Virus record (IMG/VR): IMGVR_UViG_3300047554_000447 | Location: 1-64,000 of that record | Origin: a virus | DNA length: 64,000 nt | Direction: 5' to 3' (one strand) | In this document: positions 1-9,373 of the stretch, one piece after another | Layout of the letters: each line of letters opens with the position of its first letter | Numbering within the stretch: the first letter of the stretch is position 1 | Notes under the pieces: generated by a model | The model's input: only the letters and a program-made list of their open reading frames with translations | What the model was told of the DNA's origin: nothing | The model's database searches: none | Translations under genes and position numbers: made by a program

Positions 1-1
1 G

Positions 2-145
2 GAATTTCCAGAGGTAGAAACTTTCAAACTAGAAAGTGATAATTCCAGCGGTATTGGATCTGTTCTAAAATTAATTGTAACTACAAAGGTTATAGGCAGA
101 GATGCTGATATTACTTTTGAGATTTCAGGCGTAGAAAATTGGTAA
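2..145 (+). CDS. 3' end of a hypothetical protein (truncated by the window edge)
   Basis: Open frame EFPEVETFKLESDNSSGIGSV...ISGVENW* ending in TAA at 143-145, followed by the GGAGG RBS of the next gene. Confidence 0.6.
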   Translation, partial: EFPEVETFKLESDNSSGIGSVLKLIVTTKVIGRDADITFEISGVENW

Positions 146-160
146 AGAAAGGAGGGCAAG

Positions 161-766
161 ATGCCTAGTGTATTTTTAGTCAGCGACACGCACTTCGGTC
201 ACACAGGTGTTTGCCGCTTCACACGTAACGATGGTGTTACAAAGTTGCGTCCCTGGGACGATCCTGCAGAAATGGACGAAGCCATGATCAAGGCTTGGAA
301 CGAAAGGGTCAAGCCCACAGACAAGGTCTATCATTTAGGTGATGTGGTTATCAACCGTAAGGCATTAAGTACCTTAGCCCGTTTGAACGGGGACAAGGTC
401 TTAATCCGCGGTAACCACGACATCTTTAGAGATGACGAGTACCGTCAATACTTTAGAGAGTTACGGGCATATCATGTTATGAACGGAATGATCTTAAGCC
501 ACATTCCTGTACATAGCGATAGCTTAGGTCGTTTTGGTGTTAACATTCACGGGCACTTACACGCTAACCGTGTCAAGAAAGCTCGTGGTGTTGATGCAAG
601 GACTGGTGAAGTTTTATACAGCGATGAAAACGATGTTCGTTATCATTGTGTATGTGTAGAACAAACACCCGATTTTGCACCTATCTTATTCGAAGATGTT
701 ATTGCACGTATCGAAGCGGAGGGCGGCAGTGTAGGCTTTCGCAACGGCAACGGACCTACAATGTAA
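161..766 (+). CDS. Calcineurin-like metallophosphoesterase
   Basis: Motifs SDTHFGH, LGDV, GNHD, SH, HGHLH; AGGAGG RBS upstream. Confidence 0.9.
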   Translation: MPSVFLVSDTHFGHTGVCRFTRNDGVTKLRPWDDPAEMDEAMIKAWNERVKPTDKVYHLGDVVINRKALSTLARLNGDKVLIRGNHDIFRDDEYRQYFRELRAYHVMNGMILSHIPVHSDSLGRFGVNIHGHLHANRVKKARGVDARTGEVLYSDENDVRYHCVCVEQTPDFAPILFEDVIARIEAEGGSVGFRNGNGPTM

Positions 767-775
767 GGAAAAAGA

Positions 776-871
776 ATGTCTTATCGTAAATATTATTTCA
801 AACAAATGATTAGGACCGGTAAGGCATTCTTTGCCTACTCAAAGGGTTTTATTTTGAATAGGAAAGTATAA
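776..871 (+). CDS. Small basic hypothetical protein (31 aa, MSYRKYYFKQMIRTGKAFF...)
   Basis: Fills the gap between two genes, AGGA upstream, TAATG stop/start overlap with the next gene; not in the ORF track. Confidence 0.55.
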   Translation: MSYRKYYFKQMIRTGKAFFAYSKGFILNRKV

Positions 872-1335
872 TGCCAAAATGTTATCAACTAATTGGAGTT
901 CCAGGTAGTGGAAAATCTACCTGGGTATCTAACCAAGCATGGTCATTGACCTGTGCTTATGTTAGCACAGATAAATGGGTAGAATTGTATGCTAAAGAAG
1001 TAGGAAAGACCTATAGCGAAGTGTTTACTGACTATATGCCCACTGCTGTAGATCTAATGGCCAAGGAAGTAATTTTAAACCGTGATCTAGGCAGAGATAT
1101 AATTTGGGACCAAACATCAACTACTGTAAAAAGCCGTTTAAAGAAATTTAATATGTTGCCCAATTATGAACACATTGCCATAGTGTTTAAGACTCCTGAA
1201 CACAAGGAACTAATGCGTAGGTTAATGAGTCGACCTGGCAAGGAGATTCCGGATCATGTTATTGCCAGTATGATAGCCAGCTTTGAAATGCCCACCGAAG
1301 AAGAAGGCTTTAAAGAAATTTGGCATGCAAGTTAA
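871..1335 (+). CDS. P-loop kinase, polynucleotide-kinase/AAA_33-like
   Basis: Walker A GVPGSGKST, VSTD, IIWDQT, RLMSR lid, EEGF C-terminus. Confidence 0.85.
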   Translation: MPKCYQLIGVPGSGKSTWVSNQAWSLTCAYVSTDKWVELYAKEVGKTYSEVFTDYMPTAVDLMAKEVILNRDLGRDIIWDQTSTTVKSRLKKFNMLPNYEHIAIVFKTPEHKELMRRLMSRPGKEIPDHVIASMIASFEMPTEEEGFKEIWHAS

Positions 1336-1360
1336 TAGGTGCTTCGGCACCTATTTTTTT
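1334..1360 (+). terminator. Rho-independent terminator
   Basis: AATAGGTGC-TTCG-GCACCTATT perfect stem with a UUCG tetraloop, then a T run. Confidence 0.9.
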
Positions 1361-1387
1361 GACCTAAAAATTTAAATGCTATATAAT
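1359..1387 (+). promoter_or_regulatory. sigma70-type promoter
   Basis: TTGACC-N17-TATAAT just upstream of the ATG at 1393. Confidence 0.75.
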
Positions 1388-1392
1388 AAGCC

Positions 1393-1926
1393 ATGACTAA
1401 ATTTTCTCAAAGCCCAGAAAGAATGACCTTCCAAAAAGAAGGCTATGTTAAGCGACAGGAAGAAAGAGGCGAGCCAGTAAACGAAGAGTATCTTGATTAT
1501 TTTGAAAAGGTGATCAATCAGCATGATCACAGGTTTGATGACCCAGCGTCGCGAGTGCGGAATCTTGAGTGGGATCTCCTAACCACAGAATGGATTTTAG
1601 AAAAGGTTCGAGCTAGCGAAACCTATGCTCAGAATTTATATGCGGCTATGTGTAACAACGACTTTACCAAGCGTGAAATGTGGCCTATTCTCAAAGAAGA
1701 AAAATGGTCATGCTCATGGCGCTATGCTGGTGGTATTGTTGCAGACATGCGGCAAGAGGGTGACTACATTGATTATTATTGCTCAGGTATCCGCGGTGGT
1801 GATTTTCCTGATTCAATTGATGTACCGTACGAACAGAAAAAATTTGTTCCTGAGTCGGTAGTTACTGAAGAGATTGAAGCTGATCTATACAAATTAGGTT
1901 GGATAGTTATTAAGGATGAAGAATGA
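1393..1926 (+). CDS. Conserved phage hypothetical protein
   Basis: 177 aa ORF with YAQNLYAAMCNN and WSCSWRYAGG motifs; no family recognised. Confidence 0.75.
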   Translation: MTKFSQSPERMTFQKEGYVKRQEERGEPVNEEYLDYFEKVINQHDHRFDDPASRVRNLEWDLLTTEWILEKVRASETYAQNLYAAMCNNDFTKREMWPILKEEKWSCSWRYAGGIVADMRQEGDYIDYYCSGIRGGDFPDSIDVPYEQKKFVPESVVTEEIEADLYKLGWIVIKDEE

Positions 1927-2303
1927 CACAGTTAAAAGGATATGTTGAAAAGGGTTGGGGATACGAATTAATTTTCGCATCTACTGACAAATACTGCGGT
2001 AAGCTCATGTGCTTTACTAAACCAGGTGCAAAATTCAGTATGCATTTTCACAGAGAAAAAGATGAAACATGGTTTGTGAACGCTGGTCAGTTTATGTTAA
2101 GATATATTGATACACAGACTGCCGAGCTAAAAGAGCTACTATTAAAAGAAGGTGATGTGTGGCATAACCCTCCCCTACAGCCGCATCAAGTTGAAGCACT
2201 TCAACCAAACTCTATAATCTTTGAAGTAAGCACAGCAGATTCAGTAGAAGATAACTACAGGATCGCACCAGGCGACAGCCAAAAGAAAAAGGAAGAGAAA
2301 TGA
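1923..2303 (+). CDS. Cupin-fold protein (sugar isomerase-like)
   Basis: KGWGYE, SMHFHREKDETW, PHQ and EVST cupin motifs. Confidence 0.8.
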   Translation: MTQLKGYVEKGWGYELIFASTDKYCGKLMCFTKPGAKFSMHFHREKDETWFVNAGQFMLRYIDTQTAELKELLLKEGDVWHNPPLQPHQVEALQPNSIIFEVSTADSVEDNYRIAPGDSQKKKEEK

Positions 2304-2902
2304 AGAGAATTTTCTTTACCGGAGTACCCGGAAGTCGTTGGAGTGGTATAGCACAGATCATTGAAGATAATGTGCCAGGATTTAATACCACTGATAGAGA
2401 TGCAGAAAAAGAATATTCTCATCATGCATTTACTGGCCACAAAGGTGCATACTTTGGTACAGGTATGGAGTTTGAGGCGTACTTAGATAATCCAGAGTAC
2501 TTAGATCGGCCTTGGAAGGAACCGGGCGGAACTAGGTTGATCAAGAGCCACGACTGGGCCACCATGCTAGACCAGATTCAAGAAAAATATCCCGATGACT
2601 CTATCATGTTAGTATATCGTCCTGATATGACTAGTTACGCATGGTGGCACGAAGCTGGCGGCTTTCAAATCAAATATCCAGACTATCGTGCTTACAAGGA
2701 CAGCACTACAATGTTAGCTCACATCATGGAACAGAACAAGTGCATCTTAAAATTTGCTAGAAAGCATAATGCAGTATGGCATCACTTTGGTCGTGATTTT
2801 GTCTATAAATATTTCAATGTAAAAATTGAGGAAGTTGATAATCGATACGAAGATTGTCTAGTTTCTATTATAGGAAATCATGCAAGTAATACTGTTAACT
2901 GA
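2300..2902 (+). CDS. Sulfotransferase-fold-like P-loop protein, paralogue 1
   Basis: IFFTGVPGSRWS, LIKSH and MLVYRPD are placed like the 5'-PSB, catalytic His and 3'-PB motifs; similar to 8672 and 9990. Confidence 0.55.
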   Translation: MKRIFFTGVPGSRWSGIAQIIEDNVPGFNTTDRDAEKEYSHHAFTGHKGAYFGTGMEFEAYLDNPEYLDRPWKEPGGTRLIKSHDWATMLDQIQEKYPDDSIMLVYRPDMTSYAWWHEAGGFQIKYPDYRAYKDSTTMLAHIMEQNKCILKFARKHNAVWHHFGRDFVYKYFNVKIEEVDNRYEDCLVSIIGNHASNTVN

Positions 2903-4301
2903 TGTTACATTACCGGGCTATCTAAAATATGCAGGACCTTTTCGAATTGCTTCAGAATTAAGATCCAATGGGTTTACAGTCCAAATAATCGATTATGCTA
3001 CCCAGTGGTCAACTACAGAATTAAAAAATATTCTCAGAGACTATATCTCTGATCAAACCTTGTGGGTAGGATTTACTACCACTTTTAATTCTCCTTCGAT
3101 TAGTAGAATTAACAGGATGACCAAATCGGTGGATGTAAATAAAAACATTTACGTACATTATCTAGGTAGAAATGATATTCCGGAAATTCTAGATTTTATA
3201 AAAACTATTAATCCTAAAACAAAAATTGTTGCAGGCGGGCATCAAGCAGATAAATTTAGCCTAGAAAAAATGATTGATCACGTAGTGATAGGACAAGGAG
3301 AAACAGCCGCAGTTCATCTAACTAAATCATTGCTAGATAATCAGAAAGTAGAAAAATATCTTAACGAAAGTAAATTTCCTTATAATAATTTTATTTCCAG
3401 TACTATCGAATATGTTCCAGAAGATATAATCTTTCCTGGCGAGCACCTATCCATAGAATTTTCTCGAGGCTGTACTTTCAAATGTAGTTTTTGCAATTAT
3501 CCGTTGATCGGTCGAGATCTATGGGATTTTTGTAAACCGCCGACATTAATAGCTAGCGAAATACAAAGGAACTACGATCTTTTTAAAACACAAGGGTATC
3601 TTGTCACAGACGATACCATAAACGACAGCGAAGAAAAAATTGAACAGTTACACAAAGAAATAACTAAACTTCCGTTCTCGCTAACATTGTCCTCTTATGC
3701 CAGGCTAGATCTTCTCATAGCAAAGCCAAGAACTTTAGACCTACTATATGAAATGGGATTTAGAAATTTCTTTTTTGGAATAGAAACATTTAATCACGAC
3801 GCTGGAAAAGCTATCGGTAAAGGAATGCATCCTGATAAACTCAAAGCAGGTCTGGAAGATATTAAACGTAGATATCCTGATTTTTTAATCAGTGCAGGTA
3901 TTATATTTGGCTTACCCTATGAATCTCGAGACAGCATGTTGAATACTATAGAATATCTCAAATCTTCCCCTATTGATAATGTTTCGATAGCACCTTACGG
4001 AGTGACACGAACAAGCACTATCGGATCGAATCCAGAAAAATATCAATTTAAAGTTAACGGAAATTTAGACTGGACCAGCGCATGGACTACATCTGCAGAA
4101 GTAATCGATCTAGCTAAACAAGCAGATCAAATCCTCAGACCAAAGAACAAGGCAAACTGGACTTTTTTAAGTCGCCTCATGAACCTCGGCTACAGCTACC
4201 AGTACCTAGGAAATACTCCACTAACAGATATAATCTTCGATGCTGAAGAGCGAAAAGAAACATTAAGAATTCAGTACTACAAAAAAATTAGAAAATCTTA
4301 A
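2880..4301 (+). CDS. B12-binding radical SAM protein
   Basis: SRGCTFKCSFC (CxxxCxxC), N-terminal GGH and GQGE B12-domain motifs, DD, GIET. Confidence 0.85.
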   Translation: MQVILLTDVTLPGYLKYAGPFRIASELRSNGFTVQIIDYATQWSTTELKNILRDYISDQTLWVGFTTTFNSPSISRINRMTKSVDVNKNIYVHYLGRNDIPEILDFIKTINPKTKIVAGGHQADKFSLEKMIDHVVIGQGETAAVHLTKSLLDNQKVEKYLNESKFPYNNFISSTIEYVPEDIIFPGEHLSIEFSRGCTFKCSFCNYPLIGRDLWDFCKPPTLIASEIQRNYDLFKTQGYLVTDDTINDSEEKIEQLHKEITKLPFSLTLSSYARLDLLIAKPRTLDLLYEMGFRNFFFGIETFNHDAGKAIGKGMHPDKLKAGLEDIKRRYPDFLISAGIIFGLPYESRDSMLNTIEYLKSSPIDNVSIAPYGVTRTSTIGSNPEKYQFKVNGNLDWTSAWTTSAEVIDLAKQADQILRPKNKANWTFLSRLMNLGYSYQYLGNTPLTDIIFDAEERKETLRIQYYKKIRKS

Positions 4302-5035
4302 AGTTTTTTGTATTCAAAATACAATCTATCGTTGTTGTCTTTCTTAAAAGTTTCAAGATGCAGATTGTAGGTTTTAGAGAACTCATGAGCAATTTCAAAA
4401 CTCCAGGGAAATATATCAACGTAAGGTCCGTTGGGCCACAGTATTCCGGGGTTGGCTCTAAAGTACATTTTGCCGCCGGGCATTAAAATTTCAACAAGTC
4501 GCTTGAATCTAGTTTCAATGTCTTGTTTACTGTTGAAATTTAAACTGCCAAACACAATAATATGATCAAAACTTTCTGGGTCTACCTTAAATTCTAAAAT
4601 GTCAACCATGTAGTCTGCACAGTTATTGTAAGGATCAATTCCCACAAGATTTTCGATGCGGCCTTTAAACGGATTATATCCACAGCCGAAGTCTAGTACA
4701 GCCTTAGGTTTTTCTTTATTGATAGCATCTACTAAAGCCCATCCGCTGTACTGATAAACTTCAGTGGTGGGTTTCCAAATTTCTCCAAAGAACCTATTTA
4801 GGTATCGTTTATCTAAACGATCAACAACCTCTTCAACGGTTCCTTTTAAATCTATGCTGTCGAATTGTAATTCTTCTTTAATACGATCTTCAAACTTTTG
4901 AAATCTTGCAGGTGTCCAGGGCAGAAAGTCAATCCTGGTATTTTCGCAAAGAGTTTCTCTAATTGAATCATACTTGGGTAAACTAAAAGCAGATTCTAAA
5001 TTTTCATGGATTAACTTAAAAATTCTGGTATTCAT
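4298..5035 (-). CDS. Class I SAM methyltransferase with an N-terminal ACP-like helical extension
   Basis: VLDFGCG, GID, FDHI and LMPGG motifs; start moved to the ATG at 5035 (MNTRIF), which has a GAGG RBS. Confidence 0.75.
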   Translation of the reverse strand: MNTRIFKLIHENLESAFSLPKYDSIRETLCENTRIDFLPWTPARFQKFEDRIKEELQFDSIDLKGTVEEVVDRLDKRYLNRFFGEIWKPTTEVYQYSGWALVDAINKEKPKAVLDFGCGYNPFKGRIENLVGIDPYNNCADYMVDILEFKVDPESFDHIIVFGSLNFNSKQDIETRFKRLVEILMPGGKMYFRANPGILWPNGPYVDIFPWSFEIAHEFSKTYNLHLETFKKDNNDRLYFEYKKL

Positions 5036-5142
5036 ACAAAATTTCCTCTTTATGGTAAATATTTTTGTGATTGAGAAAAAATCTCCGTTTCTGAGAAATT
5101 TTTTATCACACAAGCATATATAGTTATCAAGGAGAAAAATAT

Positions 5143-6201
5143 ATGAAAAAAATCTTGGCTGCGGCCTTACTGTATGTTGGATTCGCTACTGCACATGCAG
5201 ATTACACATTAATTGTTCCGCAGGAGCCTGGAAAAGGTACTAGCGTATGGGCGGAAATCGTTGCAAGAAATTTGAGCAAGTATACAGATGAACCAGTAGT
5301 AGTTCGTCATATTCCGGGTGCTAGAGACATTCCAGGATTTAACGAGTTTCATAATAAACTAAGAAACGATCCAAAGACTATTATGGTTGCTCACGGCGGA
5401 AATGGTGTTAGCTTCTTGCTTGATAAAGTTGATTATGATTACCGCCAATATGACAGCATTGGAATGATGAACTTAGATATCGTAGTAGGGAAAAACAAAG
5501 ACATTGACGATAAAACAGGAACCTTTAAAGTTGCTGGTGGTTCGGGACTTGAACCCGACGGTATGGCCATGGCTATGATGGCCTGTGGACCACAGCCTAG
5601 CACCGATGCGTACCTAGCATGTTTTAAGAAACGTATCGTATGGGTCAACGGTGTTAAAGGCAACGAAAGACGCTTAGGATTCATGAGGGGTGAATTTAAC
5701 ACTACTAGAGAATCTGCCGCGGCATGGATCAAGCACTACACAGGTGAAAAAGCAGATCCAAAGAACATTATTTGGTTCACACATGGTATCTACGATTTAT
5801 CAAAGAAAAAACAAATCGCCGACCCTAACTTCCCTAACACACAATTTGAAGAACAGTACAAGTCAGTGTGGGGTGAGTATCCGAAAGGAGAATTGTATGA
5901 AGCGTATCGACTCACACGTAACTGGCGTGACGTTATTCAAAAATCTCTTTGGGTAAACAAAGGTAATCCTAACACAGAAAAACTTCGCTCTGCTCTTAGA
6001 AAGATGATCACAGACCCTGAGGCAGTAGCCGCTCTAGAAAAAGACACAGGAAAATATCCTTGGATCATCGGTAACGACGGTAACAAGGTCATCGGAGAGT
6101 TAGAAAAGCTCATCACTAAAAAGTCACTAGAAACAGCAGTAAAGTGGAATCAAGAAGCCTACGGATTCCCTTCTGTGTTTAAACCAGAATTGTTAAAATA
6201 A
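5143..6201 (+). CDS. tctC: TctC/Bug-family tripartite tricarboxylate transporter substrate-binding protein
   Basis: Signal peptide ending AHA; LIVPQEPGKGT and VVVRHIPGA resemble the Bug N-terminal motifs; adjacent to TctA. Confidence 0.75.
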   Translation: MKKILAAALLYVGFATAHADYTLIVPQEPGKGTSVWAEIVARNLSKYTDEPVVVRHIPGARDIPGFNEFHNKLRNDPKTIMVAHGGNGVSFLLDKVDYDYRQYDSIGMMNLDIVVGKNKDIDDKTGTFKVAGGSGLEPDGMAMAMMACGPQPSTDAYLACFKKRIVWVNGVKGNERRLGFMRGEFNTTRESAAAWIKHYTGEKADPKNIIWFTHGIYDLSKKKQIADPNFPNTQFEEQYKSVWGEYPKGELYEAYRLTRNWRDVIQKSLWVNKGNPNTEKLRSALRKMITDPEAVAALEKDTGKYPWIIGNDGNKVIGELEKLITKKSLETAVKWNQEAYGFPSVFKPELLK

Positions 6202-6204
6202 TAA

Positions 6205-7644
6205 ATGGAATATTTTGTCTGGATCCTACTAGGAAGCCTTTATGGACTCCTAGTAGGAGTTATTCCGATAGCTGGTGTTACCACAGCCCTAATCACTGTC
6301 TTTAGTTTTGGATCTTATTTTTTAGCAGATCCTTATCTAGGTATCGTGTTTTTGACCAGCATCATAGCGGCCTGTGCTAGTGCTGATAGTTACACTTCTA
6401 TCCTTACCGGAATACCTGGCGCATCAACTACTGCGGCCTGTGTGATAGATGGTTACCCAATGACTAAAAACGGCGAGGCTGGGAGAGCTATGGGTATTGC
6501 CATTTTTGACAGTACCTTTAGCGGAGTATTCTACGGTATCCTAGCCTTTACACTTTTACCGTTTTACGGAAAAATAATATTGTTATTTGGCATACCGGAA
6601 TTTGCAGGATTCATGTTTTTATCGTTGGCCTGTGTGGGATTCGTTACCAGCAAGAATCCTTATAAAAGTGTATTAGCTATTGCTATTGGATTATTCATAG
6701 GATTAATCGGACAAGAGCCCAGCACCGGAGCACCTAGGTTTATCTTTGGTTGGGATTATCTAGAAGCAGGTGTACAAATAATTCCTTTGATATCAGGCCT
6801 GTTCGGTCTTCCAGAATTAATCTTTGGATTCAAAGGCATGCGGTCTCAGACCGTGACCTTGGACAACTACTGGCAACAACTACGTGTTGGGATGAAAGAC
6901 TGTATAACAAATTGGAAAGACATGTTTCGGGGAGGAGTCATTGGTTTCGCCACTGGTCTGTTACCCGGAGTCGGCGGTGCTGTCGGAGATTTTCTTGCAT
7001 ACGGCGCGACCAAAGCTAAACACCCTAATGAAGAATTTGGCAACGGAAATCCCAAAGGCCTATTAGGTTGTGAAGGGGCAAATAATGCACAGAAAGTTTC
7101 AAGTCTAATACCTACTGTGCTATTTGGGATTCCGGCCGCGCCCTTTGCGGCTATAATGATGGCCATCTGTATGTATTTTGGTATTGAGTTAGGTAGTCCC
7201 GAACTAGTATCTGATTCTAAATTTGCGTGGAGTTTAGTTTTAGGATTTGTTGGCGGAACCATACTAGTGGCTATTTTTAGTATATTCTTGATGAAGTTTA
7301 TAATCAAACTTCTAAGTGTACCGTATTGGATCTATGCTTCAGTTATCATCGCTATCATAATATATGCGAATATGGAGTACACAGGCACTTGGCGAGATTT
7401 AGCTATATTAGGTATTTGCTCTTTGTTAGGTATTATGTTAAAATACTTTGATATCAGCAGGCCTGCCGTACTAGTAACCTTTGTGATCGCTGAGAGATTA
7501 GAAAGCTATACAAAACAGACTATGCAACTCTACGATCTAGGAGATCTACTCACTCGTCCTATTTTTGTAGTATGTATTATAGTAGCCTTCTATATCATTT
7601 ACAGAAGTATTAGACATAAAAATCTAGGGATTAATTATACTTGA
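6205..7644 (+). CDS. tctA: TctA tripartite tricarboxylate transporter large permease
   Basis: Polytopic membrane protein with GIPG..DGYPM, GLLPGVG, EGANNA and LFGIP signatures. Confidence 0.9.
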   Translation: MEYFVWILLGSLYGLLVGVIPIAGVTTALITVFSFGSYFLADPYLGIVFLTSIIAACASADSYTSILTGIPGASTTAACVIDGYPMTKNGEAGRAMGIAIFDSTFSGVFYGILAFTLLPFYGKIILLFGIPEFAGFMFLSLACVGFVTSKNPYKSVLAIAIGLFIGLIGQEPSTGAPRFIFGWDYLEAGVQIIPLISGLFGLPELIFGFKGMRSQTVTLDNYWQQLRVGMKDCITNWKDMFRGGVIGFATGLLPGVGGAVGDFLAYGATKAKHPNEEFGNGNPKGLLGCEGANNAQKVSSLIPTVLFGIPAAPFAAIMMAICMYFGIELGSPELVSDSKFAWSLVLGFVGGTILVAIFSIFLMKFIIKLLSVPYWIYASVIIAIIIYANMEYTGTWRDLAILGICSLLGIMLKYFDISRPAVLVTFVIAERLESYTKQTMQLYDLGDLLTRPIFVVCIIVAFYIIYRSIRHKNLGINYT

Positions 7645-7997
7645 TAGAATTATTACTTACTAACATTATCTATGTTTCCTATAGGCTCATAGTCAGTGGA
7701 CCCATAGTAAAAATCCTAAACAACTACTTGCCGTACTATGCGGCAGTATTTGTTATGGCTCAACTAAGTTTTGCCTACGACACTTTCGTATTTGGTCACT
7801 ATTTTAATGCGCAAGAGTTGCCTGATATATTCAACTATATAAAGTCGGATATACTTTACACTTTACGAGTACTTGCCGCCTGGTGGTTAATCAAACGCAT
7901 ATGGGATCTAGTTAAGAACTATTGGCTATCTGTTTTCATTGGTGCTGAAATAACCTTCGTCTGTGATTATTTTATCTTCAGAGATTTATTTCATTAA
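7641..7997 (+). CDS. Small membrane protein (possible TctB substitute)
   Basis: Hydrophobic 118 aa ORF overlapping the tctA stop; TTG start. Confidence 0.55.
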   Translation: MIELLLTNIIYVSYRLIVSGPIVKILNNYLPYYAAVFVMAQLSFAYDTFVFGHYFNAQELPDIFNYIKSDILYTLRVLAAWWLIKRIWDLVKNYWLSVFIGAEITFVCDYFIFRDLFH

Positions 7998-8021
7998 ATA
8001 TCTGTCTAACAGAGGTTATAC

Positions 8022-8675
8022 ATGGAAAGTAATTGGGATATACAACGAGCAAAATCTAAGTACCATTTTGACAACACCATAATAGATCCTAACTGGGATA
8101 AAGTCCAACATTTAGGTTCTTTTAGTGGAGATTGGTCTAAGGAAGTAGCTGAAGCGATTGAAACTGCTAGACCCGCTACTTGGAGGAATAGGTCAAAGAC
8201 TGGTGCGCCAAACAAGCTCGTTGATGCCGAGGAGTATGATTTAATCAATGCTGGTGCCGATCCTAATATGGTATTTTCAAATCTCGAATACAACCTAGCA
8301 CCAGTATTTCAAAAAATCACTGATTTCTTTGGTCTCTTCAACGAAGAAAGTAGGGTTCATGTACAATGGCCTGGACAGGTTTTTATTAAACATATAGATA
8401 AATTAGAAAAGTTTTATCCTAGCGATCCCAACAGAGTGATCAGAATAATGATCATGCTCACAGACTGGGATCAGGGTCATTACAACCAATATGGTAATTT
8501 TGTTTACCAACAATGGAGAGCCGGAGAAGCTCATACCTTTGACTGGCAAAATGTTCCGCATAGTTCGGCAAACTCGGGATTGACTCCTAGAGTCAGCTTA
8601 CTAGTCACTGGTGTCAAAACAGAGAGAACTGAACAGGCTTTAATCGAACTTAAAAATAACAAAATTATTGTATGA
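8022..8675 (+). CDS. Fe(II)/2OG-oxygenase-like (double-stranded beta-helix) protein, paralogue 1
   Basis: QWPGQ..HID, distal PHSSAN and R.SL; similar to 10685. Confidence 0.65.
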   Translation: MESNWDIQRAKSKYHFDNTIIDPNWDKVQHLGSFSGDWSKEVAEAIETARPATWRNRSKTGAPNKLVDAEEYDLINAGADPNMVFSNLEYNLAPVFQKITDFFGLFNEESRVHVQWPGQVFIKHIDKLEKFYPSDPNRVIRIMIMLTDWDQGHYNQYGNFVYQQWRAGEAHTFDWQNVPHSSANSGLTPRVSLLVTGVKTERTEQALIELKNNKIIV

Positions 8676-9373
8676 TCGACGAAAGTAAAATTATTTTTTA
8701 TACAGGTGTTCCTGGTTCTAAATGGAGTGCGTTTGCTCATGTGCTAACTCACACACCGTATCTGAATATCAATACCTCTGATTACGACGAGTCTAAGACC
8801 TATACTCACTACGACACTGGATTCTCAGGCATCAGCCATCAAGGAGCGTACTGGGGACAAGGCAACGGCATAGGCGAAAGATTTCACGAAATAGATAAAC
8901 TTTCGAAACAAGAAATTATCGACGAGATTGAAAAGCCCTATAAAGATAAAAATTGGGATCAATATAGAATCATTAAGTGTCATCAATTTGCTCTAAATCT
9001 CAACTACATTAAAAACACTTTTCCAAAAAGTAAAATACTTGTTGTGATGAGAGATGACAGTATTAGTTATTGGTCATGGATGAAAGCTGGGGGATTTGAA
9101 AAGATTACCTATCCGAATTACAGTGAATACTATAAAGATCCGGATACGATAAAAGCAAAGATTCTAGAGGAAAACTATTATACTAGAAAGTTTGTACAAG
9201 AAAACAATCTCAAGATAGATGTTGTTAGAGAACAGTATTTTAGAGATAGATGGGGAGTTACTAAAGCTAACGATGAGCTGACTAACTATATCAGTTCTTT
9301 AGAAGGTCGCCCAGACAAAGAGATAAATTTTAGATATACACTAGACATCACTGTAAGCGAGTATAATTTTTAA
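8672..9373 (+). CDS. Sulfotransferase-fold-like P-loop protein, paralogue 2
   Basis: IFYTGVPGSKWS, IIKCH, FPKSKILVVMRD. Confidence 0.55.
   Translation: MIDESKIIFYTGVPGSKWSAFAHVLTHTPYLNINTSDYDESKTYTHYDTGFSGISHQGAYWGQGNGIGERFHEIDKLSKQEIIDEIEKPYKDKNWDQYRIIKCHQFALNLNYIKNTFPKSKILVVMRDDSISYWSWMKAGGFEKITYPNYSEYYKDPDTIKAKILEENYYTRKFVQENNLKIDVVREQYFRDRWGVTKANDELTNYISSLEGRPDKEINFRYTLDITVSEYNF

Noticed and set aside
5036-5113. Longer start for the methyltransferase
   Set aside because: The ATG at 5035 has an RBS; the extension occupies the divergent promoter region
5143-7644. Bacterial chromosomal origin or chimeric assembly of the transporter region
   Set aside because: Composition, gene packing and TAAATA motifs match the flanking phage DNA; this cannot be fully excluded without read data
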